Virus record (IMG/VR): IMGVR_UViG_3300032216_000445
Span: 1-38,068 of that record
DNA from: a virus
Lineage: Duplodnaviria > Caudoviricetes
Reading direction: 5' to 3' (one strand)
DNA length: 38,068 bases
Shown: in pieces, positions 26,385 to 34,023 of the stretch
Position numbering within the stretch: the first letter of the stretch is position 1
Layout of the letters: each line of letters starts with the position of its first letter
The notes under the pieces: model-generated
Database searches by the model: none
What the model saw: only the letters and a program-made list of their open reading frames with translations
What the model was told of the DNA's origin: nothing
Made by a program: the position numbers and the translations under genes

Positions 26385-27314
26385 ATGAACGCACAATCCA
26401 AAGCAGAATCAATAGTAGGTGCCGTGGATTGGCAGTCCGAGAATCACGGGCTGTGCAAGTGTCCAGGCGAACATACCCACACCAGTCATACCAGGGTTCG
26501 GGATACAACAGTCTTCATTGACAGCGTTCCAACAGTATTCTGCTGGCACACCTCATGCGTTGCGCATAGGGATTTGGTCAACAAGCAACTTCGCAAGTTG
26601 ATTCTCGATGACCCGTTATACAGGCCGGTTAACATTATGTCCGGTGGGTCAAGCATACCAAGGCCCTTGGTAATCCAGAAGGATGCCGAGGCAGAAATCA
26701 TTGATCGGATCGGAACGATTGCTGAGTCCAATAAGAGCCGGTACTTGACCCATTACAATTGGGACCCTGCAGATATGTTTGAGAGCAGCCCCCAGGGGCT
26801 GGATGGGTTTAACGATTACCACGGGATATTGTCGTTGTTTAAGCCGGATGACATCGTATGGATTGGAGCGGTTAAGGATAGTGGGAGCCATCCCAAAAAC
26901 TTCCAGCGGGTTGAGGATTGGATGAAGCTGACGCAGCCGGTGGGGCAGTTCACAACCGGAGCCGTATTCAAGTCTGGAACTATTAGCAGGGCTAATGACA
27001 ACGTGGATGTGCGCCGGTACCTGGTGGTGGAGTCGGATGTCCTGACCAAACCAGAGATGGGCGCGGTGTTCCAGCTTATGCGCGACCTATTCCGGATGAA
27101 GCTTCACGCCATCGTTGACACAGCCGGAAAGAGTTTGCACGGATGGTTCGAGAGTCCGGTAAAGCAGGAGTGGGAAAACCAATTAAAAGCTTTTCTTGTT
27201 CCGCTCGGATGCGATCCTGCGACATTCAAACCCAGCCAGCCCGTCAGGATGGCAGGGGCAAAAAGAGAAGACAAAACACAGAGCCTTCTATGGTTCTGCA
27301 AGGAGGGAAAATGA
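26385..27314 (+). CDS. AEP-superfamily primase with N-terminal Zn-binding region
   Basis: CKCP..H.H..FCWHTSC; YLVVESD (motif I-like), TAGKSLHGW (motif II), GCDPA....SQPVRMAG (motif III). Confidence 0.75.
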   Translation: MNAQSKAESIVGAVDWQSENHGLCKCPGEHTHTSHTRVRDTTVFIDSVPTVFCWHTSCVAHRDLVNKQLRKLILDDPLYRPVNIMSGGSSIPRPLVIQKDAEAEIIDRIGTIAESNKSRYLTHYNWDPADMFESSPQGLDGFNDYHGILSLFKPDDIVWIGAVKDSGSHPKNFQRVEDWMKLTQPVGQFTTGAVFKSGTISRANDNVDVRRYLVVESDVLTKPEMGAVFQLMRDLFRMKLHAIVDTAGKSLHGWFESPVKQEWENQLKAFLVPLGCDPATFKPSQPVRMAGAKREDKTQSLLWFCKEGK

Positions 27315-28324
27315 TTGAACCAGCAGTTGCACTAGGACTGAAACCAAAGACCGAGGAATGGCCGCCGATCAAATCATACTCAGAGTTGGTGCGCGAGGAC
27401 ATGCCTGCACCACAGGTTCTGATTGATGGGATGCTACACCGAGGAGGCAAGTTGCTACTGGGCGGTGGCAGTAAGGCCTACAAGTCATGGTCGCTGATTG
27501 ACCTAGCCCTTTCGTTACATGCCGGTGTGCCTTGGTGGGGACAGCAGACTCACCAGGCTCGCGTGCTGTTTATTAACTTCGAGATCCAAGAGTGGAGTTT
27601 CCGCAACCGGTTGGCGGATGTGATCAAGGCGAAGGGATTGGAAGGGAAGGTCGATGACTTTGATGTTTGGACCCTGCGCGGTCATGCTGCCGATCTAACC
27701 CTGATCCGCCCCATGATCGAGAAGCAGATTGAGGGGCGAGGGTACCAAGCGATTATCCTTGACCCTAACTACATGCTCATGGGGGAGCGGGATGAGAACT
27801 CAGCCGGAGACATGTCAAGCCTGATGAACGAGTTTGAGTACTTAGCCACCCGTCACAACCTGTCGATCATCCTGTCACATCATTTCAGCAAGGGAAATAA
27901 GAGTGGCAGCGAGGCGATTGATAGGTTCAGTGGGTCAGGTGTTTTTGCGCGTAACCCCGATAGCTTGGTGGTCTTGACACCGCATGAAGAGGATGAGCGC
28001 ACCTTCACCTGTGAGGTGACGCTCCGCAACTTCAGCCCTATGGATGCCTTTGTTGTCCAATGGTCTTACCCGCTGTTCCGGCAGAATTTTAATCTCAATC
28101 CGGACAAGCTAAAGAAACCAGGTGCGCACAAGGCAGTTGACGATAAAAGGTTCCTTGGCGAGATGGGATCGAAGGAATGGTTGGCCGGAGATTTGGCCCG
28201 TCATATCATGGAAAAGCTGGAAGTATCAGAGTCAACCTTCTATCGCCACTTAAAGAGACTGTCAAAAGCAAAGAAGATATTGTCAGACAACGGCTTATAT
28301 ACTGCCAACCAAGCTACTTTCTAG
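27311..28324 (+). CDS. RepA/AAA_25-type replicative helicase
   Basis: Walker A GGSKAYKS, VLFINFE, Walker B IILDP, HHFSKG, FSGSG; C-terminal HTH-like VSESTFYRHL; AGGAGG RBS before ATG 27311. Confidence 0.85.
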   Translation: MIEPAVALGLKPKTEEWPPIKSYSELVREDMPAPQVLIDGMLHRGGKLLLGGGSKAYKSWSLIDLALSLHAGVPWWGQQTHQARVLFINFEIQEWSFRNRLADVIKAKGLEGKVDDFDVWTLRGHAADLTLIRPMIEKQIEGRGYQAIILDPNYMLMGERDENSAGDMSSLMNEFEYLATRHNLSIILSHHFSKGNKSGSEAIDRFSGSGVFARNPDSLVVLTPHEEDERTFTCEVTLRNFSPMDAFVVQWSYPLFRQNFNLNPDKLKKPGAHKAVDDKRFLGEMGSKEWLAGDLARHIMEKLEVSESTFYRHLKRLSKAKKILSDNGLYTANQATF

Positions 28325-28327
28325 GTC

Positions 28328-28450
28328 CTGTCATTTCACTGTCATTTATAGAGCAGTCAGACTCATATATATATATGAAAGAAAATCACGGAGGGAATGT
28401 AGAGGTAGGACTCCTTAGTCCGTCCTACCCCTACCGCTACGCTCATTCCC
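28328..28450. other. Candidate replication origin / structured non-coding region
   Basis: CTGTCATTT direct repeat, 16-bp palindrome TCATATATATATATGA (28363-28378), 13-bp inverted repeat 28399-28434. Confidence 0.4.
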
Positions 28451-28506
28451 GTAGTGCGATTCACCAGAAATGAAAAGGGTGGCAGCCGGTGTGCTACAAT
28501 AACCAG

Positions 28507-28767
28507 GTGAAGAAGGATTCGGATAAGCTGAAGCTGGAGTACATTCGATTGCTACATGCTGAGAATGCACAGTTGCATGCAGTCCTCCGTTTGCTATGCC
28601 AGTTGGTGCAGGACATGGAAAACAACTGTAGCTTCGAGGTGTTTGAGGCTGAATGGGCTGACATTAGCTTGGCTGTGGCTAGGCTGTCGGTGTTCTTTAG
28701 GAAGCACCAGAGTGATCTCAGGAAGCTACGGGAAGCCTGTGCTAACCAAAAACCTGGTCTAGAGTAA
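28507..28767 (+). CDS. Hypothetical coiled-coil protein
   Basis: Start reassigned to GTG 28507, 6 nt after TGcTACAAT. Confidence 0.55.
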   Translation: MKKDSDKLKLEYIRLLHAENAQLHAVLRLLCQLVQDMENNCSFEVFEAEWADISLAVARLSVFFRKHQSDLRKLREACANQKPGLE

Positions 28768-28768
28768 T

Positions 28769-28942
28769 ATGAAAAGACACCAGGATGCCTCAAAATCGAG
28801 CCAGGATGCCCCTAGAAAGCGTCTTAGTGGCAAGGTAAGTAGAGGACAGCGGGAGCATAGTGTTAAGTTTAAGGTTGAGCCACCACCCATGCCTAACAGG
28901 CCATTGGGTAACCGAGCCTGCTGTTGCCGGATCGGCAAGTAA
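28769..28942 (+). CDS. Small basic protein, 57 aa (not in the ORF track)
   Basis: MKRHQDASKSSQDAPRKR..NRACCCRIGK fills the gap to the convergence point. Confidence 0.5.
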   Translation: MKRHQDASKSSQDAPRKRLSGKVSRGQREHSVKFKVEPPPMPNRPLGNRACCCRIGK

Positions 28943-28944
28943 GC

Positions 28945-29136
28945 TTAGGTCTTAACGCTCTCGCCAGATGCCTTAACGCTCTCGCTTAAGGTTTGACGCT
29001 CCAGCTGTTTAGCCCAGCGGGTTTTAACCATAGCAACATAATGTTCGCGCGTCCTGGCTTTTTGAGAGCCTTTAACGCTCCCGCCTTTACGCCCGATTTG
29101 GGAAAAGTATTCTTTTAAGATTTGATTTTTGTCCAT
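28945..29136 (-). CDS. Small KGG-motif basic protein, probably DNA-binding
   Basis: YFSQIGRKGGSVKG.QKART motif. Confidence 0.7.
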   Translation of the reverse strand: MDKNQILKEYFSQIGRKGGSVKGSQKARTREHYVAMVKTRWAKQLERQTLSESVKASGESVKT

Positions 29137-29172
29137 AATTTTTTACAAAGATTGCACCAGATTTTTGAGCAT

Positions 29173-29206
29173 AAAAAATCCGGCAGGGATTAGCCTGCCG
29201 GATTTT
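29173..29206 (-). terminator. Intrinsic terminator, possibly bidirectional
   Basis: AAAATCCGGCAGG-gattag-CCTGCCGGATTTT perfect 13-bp stem with A/T tracts. Confidence 0.8.
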
Positions 29207-29216
29207 AGTTATTGTA

Positions 29217-29462
29217 TCAATAGGAATAACATTCAGTTGGATCAGACCAAGGCCTGATCGATATAATATAATTTAACCTATTAACGTAATGATATCCGGC
29301 ACCAATAACAAGTTTCCCATCGCAATCCAATAACGTCCAAACCTTGTTGGGATATGTTCGCTTAATTTGTTCCAAGTCCTTCCCGTATGTTTCAAAAAGG
29401 ATCGTCCCATCCTTTCGATCAATTGGTAAATATTTTTTTTCGAATGTTTCGAATCTTTTCAT
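29217..29462 (-). CDS. Hypothetical early protein
   Basis: 81 aa; GGAGG RBS; FETYG..L..I....P..VWTL....GYHYVNRL.Y motif. Confidence 0.75.
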   Translation of the reverse strand: MKRFETFEKKYLPIDRKDGTILFETYGKDLEQIKRTYPNKVWTLLDCDGKLVIGAGYHYVNRLNYIISIRPWSDPTECYSY

Positions 29463-29551
29463 TTTCTATTCCTCCATTTACTTAATTTATTTAGGCAAGC
29501 CTAGCGGCTTCACCTCTCCCTTCCCCCATGACGGGGAAAGGCGAGGGGAAA

Positions 29552-29635
29552 CTACTTCTTTCCCATGAAGAACACGAACGATGCGAGAACGATGCCGCAA
29601 ACGAGCCCATTCGCGAAGACGTAGGGAATGTTCAT
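29552..29635 (-). CDS. Small membrane peptide, 27 aa (not in the ORF track)
   Basis: MNIPYVFANGLVCGIVLASFVFFMGKK; GAGG RBS and ATGA overlap. Confidence 0.5.
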   Translation of the reverse strand: MNIPYVFANGLVCGIVLASFVFFMGKK

Positions 29636-29820
29636 TTGTTCACCTCATCGTATAGATCCGCATCCGTCACTTCAATCCCGCCGGTGTTCTCATGTTCATC
29701 CCATTCCGAGCCGTCAAGTTTCCGAGCCTTATCAATTGCCTCCTCCTCTGTCTCCGCCCAAATGTCAGTTTGGTAGGAAATTACGCTCTTTGCGTAAACG
29801 GTCCATAGTTTTTGTTTCAT
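29632..29820 (-). CDS. Hypothetical acidic early protein
   Basis: Start reassigned to MKQKL after AAGGAG; IWAETEEEAIDKA motif. Confidence 0.7.
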   Translation of the reverse strand: MKQKLWTVYAKSVISYQTDIWAETEEEAIDKARKLDGSEWDEHENTGGIEVTDADLYDEVNK

Positions 29821-29955
29821 TTCGTATTCTCCTTTTCTTTTTTTATTTCCGCCGTCCACTCCATCCCGTTGCGAATCGCCCAAACGAGCGCACGCCGGTA
29901 AGATGTGAACCGCGCGAAGAATTGGCCTTGTGAATTGTAAATGGAATAAAAAAAA

Positions 29956-30588
29956 CTAGTGTTTTCCATATGCGACAACCTCCTGTTTTTTATCCCAACA
30001 AGCGCGACAACTTAGGCACTTGTTGCCCTGCTCAGATGATGGGCAAGTTTTACCGCTTGTGACGACTGTTGAAACTTGCACACCTAAACGTCGAGCCAAT
30101 GGCAACGGCGCAACGCCGTCTATCATATGAGCGGAAAGGCGAATGGTAAGATTCTCAGGCACTTTCCCGCCGTTATTTATGAATGACTGAAGAATTCCCG
30201 CCTCTCTTGTGGGCAACCAATGGCGCACGTTTGGAGTGCGTTCGCATACTTCGACTATCTTTTTAAGATGATTTTGATTCTGAATATCTCCAGAATCGTG
30301 CCATCGGAAAAACGCATTTCCTTCCGCTTCGATAAGGTAAACCATACTATCCACCCAATCGGAACGGCGCAGGGAACGCAAACGGCGAGCCAATGCATTG
30401 CGCACAGCAGGATAATTATAGTTACCCTTCATCGCGTAGCATTTTGAGCAAACCGATCCTTCCACCTTTCTTAGTTTCCCGCCTACCTTGCAAAGGCTCG
30501 CGGGAATAGAATAGGCAGGGCAAGGCATTTTGGAAGGGCGAGAGAATCCCCCGCCCGTTGACGTTGTAGCCCATTCTTTTGTCATCAT
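29956..30588 (-). CDS. GP88-family protein (radical-SAM-like Cys motifs)
   Basis: SKMPC..YSIPA..C.VG......GSVCSKCYA.KG.Y, FRWHDSGD, HWLPTRE, PENLTIRLS, C..CRACW. Confidence 0.75.
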   Translation of the reverse strand: MMTKEWATTSTGGGFSRPSKMPCPAYSIPASLCKVGGKLRKVEGSVCSKCYAMKGNYNYPAVRNALARRLRSLRRSDWVDSMVYLIEAEGNAFFRWHDSGDIQNQNHLKKIVEVCERTPNVRHWLPTREAGILQSFINNGGKVPENLTIRLSAHMIDGVAPLPLARRLGVQVSTVVTSGKTCPSSEQGNKCLSCRACWDKKQEVVAYGKH

Positions 30589-30875
30589 ACATTCCCCCAA
30601 ACCTTGCGCTTAATCCATTCAATGACCTTCTCAGCATAATAAGGGGAAGTAAACTCTGTAAGATATTCAAAAATATATCTCTCATGGATTCTTCCGAATG
30701 CGCCATTATTCAAAATCGCGTCATTGTAATAGTCGCGGATTTCCAATTTGACTATCTCCCCGCAACTCTTTGCGCGAATAACTCCGCCAGCGCAACATTC
30801 TCCAATTCTCCATGTTTTAGTTTTACGAGCGACTTGAACCGCGCTCGTTTCGGTATTGGTGTGTGTGCTATTCAT
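30585..30875 (-). CDS. Hypothetical early protein (first gene of the leftward operon)
   Basis: MNSTHTNTET..; coupled to the GP88-like gene. Confidence 0.65.
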   Translation of the reverse strand: MNSTHTNTETSAVQVARKTKTWRIGECCAGGVIRAKSCGEIVKLEIRDYYNDAILNNGAFGRIHERYIFEYLTEFTSPYYAEKVIEWIKRKVWGNV

Positions 30876-30949
30876 AAGGGCAAACATACGCAACCGGCTT
30901 AGGCATTCAATACTTTTTATTGTTTCAGAATATGCTATAAGCTTTCTTA
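30876..30949. promoter_or_regulatory. Divergent promoter region (leftward early operon / rightward terS)
   Basis: Minus strand TTGAAT-16 nt-TATGTT; plus strand TGcTATAAG/TAAGCT just upstream of the terS ATG. Confidence 0.55.
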
Positions 30950-31573
30950 ATGGATGAAATTAGCGCAACTCCTAGCGCACCGGAGAAAGCAAAGAACGGG
31001 CGCGAGATATTCACCGACAAGATTGCGGATGAAATTATATCCGCTTGCGGTTCCGGATTCACAATAGAAAAGGCCGGCGCACTTGTAGGTGTAAACGCAA
31101 ACACTATTAAAACTTGGGTTTCTCGCCGTCCGGACTTCGCCCGAAAAGTAGAAACCGCCAGAAAAAAGCATGAGCTTTCCTTGCTTCGAGACATAGAGTT
31201 AGCAGGCCAAAAATCATGGCAGGCAAAAGCATGGATGGCGGAGCGAATCTATAACCACTCGCAACCAAGTGCACGGCTTAATGTTACACAAGGAGTGACG
31301 CACGAAATAGGCGGGAACCTTGCGCAATTATTAGCAGGCATTGCAGGACGAAAAAAAGCGCAAGTGATTGAAGCGGAAGTAATTACAGATAAACCAGCCC
31401 TACCAATTCGAGACAATAGCTATTGTGCGACAAATGGCACGCAAACTATTGTAACCACAACGCCAATTAAGGAAGTGAAAAGACGTGGACGAAAAATGCG
31501 GACTCGTAAACCAAGAGCAGAAAGCTTGGCCAAGTACACCACCACGCCACCCGCCACGCCCCCAGCCCCATAA
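30950..31573 (+). CDS. terS: Terminase small subunit
   Basis: N-terminal HTH (AGALVGVNANTIKTW..R.PDF), SWQAKAWMAER; directly upstream of terL. Confidence 0.75.
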   Translation: MDEISATPSAPEKAKNGREIFTDKIADEIISACGSGFTIEKAGALVGVNANTIKTWVSRRPDFARKVETARKKHELSLLRDIELAGQKSWQAKAWMAERIYNHSQPSARLNVTQGVTHEIGGNLAQLLAGIAGRKKAQVIEAEVITDKPALPIRDNSYCATNGTQTIVTTTPIKEVKRRGRKMRTRKPRAESLAKYTTTPPATPPAP

Positions 31574-31637
31574 TTTTTATATATACCCCCCCTAAATTAT
31601 TCTGGCACAAAACAAAAAGAGGTCTTAACTCACACTA

Positions 31638-33062
31638 ATGCCAAAGCCTCCTAAGCGTAGCCAAGAAGAGATTCTTTTAGACCTATCCAAACCAGCCGCA
31701 TTCGCTGCTAACGTGCTTGGAATCAATCTGTATGATTGGCAACGGAAGGTACTGCGTGATCTTGAGCCTAAAGACTGTCGCGTAGCCCTGCGTGCAGCAA
31801 ACGGCTCCGGCAAGACCAGCACCGTCATTTCGGCTATTCTGATATGGCATGCGCTGGTTTACCCGCGCTCAATCGCCGTAACAACCGCAGGCGTTTTTCG
31901 TCAAGTCGAAAGCCAACTCTGGCCTAGCCTGCGCAACCACATTGCCAAGCTTGGTGGCGCATGGGAGGTCACATCTGGCGAGATCCGCTACCTCCACCCA
32001 AACGGCAATACCAGCCGCATCATAGGCTACTCAGCCACCGACCCAGGGCGTGCTGAAGGCTGGCATGCCGAGGACCACGAATACCATCCATTGCTCATGG
32101 TGGTTGACGAAGCCAAGACTGTCGCAGACCCGCTATTCGAGGCCATCAGCCGGTGTCAACCAACCCGTTTGCTAATTGCATCCAGCCCTGGCGGTACCAG
32201 CGGGGCTTTCTATCGGGCATTCACCAAGGAGGCAGCAATGTGGCAGAAGCATGCTGTTACAGCCTTTGACTGCCCACATATAACCAAGGCGCAGATTGAC
32301 GAGGTGATCCAGCGGTATGGCGAGAAGCATCCGCTTACTCGCTCCATGATTTACGGCGAGTTTGTGGACATAGGTGCCGAAAGCCTGGTCATTAACCTAA
32401 ACCAACTTCAGAACTGCTATAACTCACCACCTAGATTCAAGCCAGGTGTAAGGATGGCTGGCGTAGACTTTGCCGCTGGAGGCGATCAAAACGTAATTTG
32501 TGTAAGCGATGGCAACAAGATCCTGCCCATGATTGCATGGCGAGAAAAGGATACGATGTCGGCAGTAGGAAGGTTTATTGTTGAATTTAAGAAAGCCGGA
32601 CTTGAACCAGAAAATATCTACGCGGACGCTAGTGGAATGGGCATGGTTATGTGCGATGCCTTGGCGGAAGCAGGCTGGACTGTTAATAGGGTTAACTTTG
32701 GTGGTTCGGCTTATGATGGGAATGCTTATACAAATAGGTCAGCCGAGATGTGGTATGGAATGGCAAAGAAAATTGAAGATTCTGAAATCATCCTTCCTGA
32801 TGATGAAGACCTGACCGCACAACTAACCTGTCGGCGTACTATTACCAACAGCAAAGGAAAGCTAGGCGTAGAATCAAAGGACTCCATGCGAGCCAGAGGA
32901 TTAGCATCACCGGATAGGGCGGATGCCCTTGCCCTATGCTTAAGCCCGTCAAATATAGGCATGGGCTTGACTTTCCAAATAGAACGTCCAACTTGGAGAT
33001 CACTTCAGGACATGATGGTGGCGCATGACCCCGTTATGGCCGGATTTGACCCAGGAGGATAA
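31638..33062 (+). CDS. terL: Terminase large subunit
   Basis: WQ motif, Walker A AANGSGKT, Walker B VVDEAK, nuclease GVDFA, DASG, SPDRADA. Confidence 0.92.
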   Translation: MPKPPKRSQEEILLDLSKPAAFAANVLGINLYDWQRKVLRDLEPKDCRVALRAANGSGKTSTVISAILIWHALVYPRSIAVTTAGVFRQVESQLWPSLRNHIAKLGGAWEVTSGEIRYLHPNGNTSRIIGYSATDPGRAEGWHAEDHEYHPLLMVVDEAKTVADPLFEAISRCQPTRLLIASSPGGTSGAFYRAFTKEAAMWQKHAVTAFDCPHITKAQIDEVIQRYGEKHPLTRSMIYGEFVDIGAESLVINLNQLQNCYNSPPRFKPGVRMAGVDFAAGGDQNVICVSDGNKILPMIAWREKDTMSAVGRFIVEFKKAGLEPENIYADASGMGMVMCDALAEAGWTVNRVNFGGSAYDGNAYTNRSAEMWYGMAKKIEDSEIILPDDEDLTAQLTCRRTITNSKGKLGVESKDSMRARGLASPDRADALALCLSPSNIGMGLTFQIERPTWRSLQDMMVAHDPVMAGFDPGG

Positions 33063-33065
33063 ACA

Positions 33066-33236
33066 ATGAATGTATGGAACTGGATTACCGCGAATTGGAC
33101 TAGCATCGTTGCCGCTGTTGGTGGCATCGTTTTGTCTGCTCGCATTATTGTTAAGCTTACGCCCACTCCGGCTGACGATTCTATCCTTGATAAGGTCGTT
33201 AGCTTTCTAAAGTCGGTTGGTCTTAAAATCGACTAA
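33066..33236 (+). CDS. Holin-like membrane protein, 56 aa (not in the ORF track)
   Basis: MNVWNWITANWTSIVAAVGGIVLSARIIVKLTPTPADD..; AGGAGG RBS; TM helix plus TPTPxDD motif. Confidence 0.65.
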   Translation: MNVWNWITANWTSIVAAVGGIVLSARIIVKLTPTPADDSILDKVVSFLKSVGLKID

Positions 33237-33244
33237 TTGATTTT

Positions 33245-33433
33245 GTGCTGCGTGCAATCCTTGAGATCATCGCAGCCGTGTTTCGCATCATTCCAAGCTG
33301 GAAGGAAAAGCGAACGCAGAACATTGAGGGTGAATGGCGCAATAATCGTAATGCCATTAATCGGGATCTTGGTCCTGATGCTTGGTGGGTGCGCGACAAC
33401 AAGTCCGGTGACAAACACATCGGGGATGGTTGA
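33245..33433 (+). CDS. Putative i-spanin (Rz-like)
   Basis: N-terminal hydrophobic helix; overlaps the following lipoprotein gene. Confidence 0.45.
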   Translation: MLRAILEIIAAVFRIIPSWKEKRTQNIEGEWRNNRNAINRDLGPDAWWVRDNKSGDKHIGDG

Positions 33434-33563
33434 AGACCTTATGAAAGATCCTACTTACATTGAAATCCGCAGAGGAACACCTGGAACACGCGAGTGGGCT
33501 AGGAAAGCATTAAACGCAGTCAACGATCTTTCATACGAACTTCAAGCGGATAGGAACAAATAA
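33351..33563 (+). CDS. Lipoprotein, putative o-spanin (Rz1-like)
   Basis: MPLIGILVLMLGGCATTS lipobox; starts inside the upstream gene in another frame. Confidence 0.55.
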   Translation: MPLIGILVLMLGGCATTSPVTNTSGMVEDLMKDPTYIEIRRGTPGTREWARKALNAVNDLSYELQADRNK

Positions 33564-33564
33564 T

Positions 33565-34020
33565 ATGGCATCAAATGAAATTAACCCGATGGATTCACAA
33601 TTTTCGTCTTTGTACGGAAACATGAGCGAAGGCAAATCAAATGCACAAGGTGGTGCGGAACTGCTGACAACTCTTGTAACGGCTCAACAACAATACAAAA
33701 TTTATCATTGGCAAACCAAGTCTTTTAGCCAGCACAAAGCTTTTGGAGAAATTTATGATTCTCTTAATACCAACATTGATGAATTGATCGAAACTTTCAT
33801 GGGTCGTTATGGCCGGATTATTCCTAGCAATGGATTTAACTATAAGGTTCAGAATTACATGAGCCTTGAATCTTGCGTTGCGTTCACAAACAATTTGATC
33901 AAATTCTTGTCCGGAAGGTTTAATGAAATTGTTGGAGAGCAAGCAACTGATCTTAAAAATATCAGAGATGCAATCTTGGGCGATTTAAACCAACTCAAAT
34001 ATCTTCTCACTTTGGCTTAA
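33565..34020 (+). CDS. Ferritin/Dps-like protein (DUF5856-like)
   Basis: YHWQTKSFSQHKAFGEIYD.L...IDELIE..MG.YG and C-terminal KYLLTL. Confidence 0.75.
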   Translation: MASNEINPMDSQFSSLYGNMSEGKSNAQGGAELLTTLVTAQQQYKIYHWQTKSFSQHKAFGEIYDSLNTNIDELIETFMGRYGRIIPSNGFNYKVQNYMSLESCVAFTNNLIKFLSGRFNEIVGEQATDLKNIRDAILGDLNQLKYLLTLA

Positions 34021-34023
34021 TCA

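Noticed and set aside
27143-27310. Helicase N-terminal extension or primase-helicase frameshift fusion
   Set aside because: Strong AGGAGG RBS and ATGA overlap at 27311 explain independent initiation.
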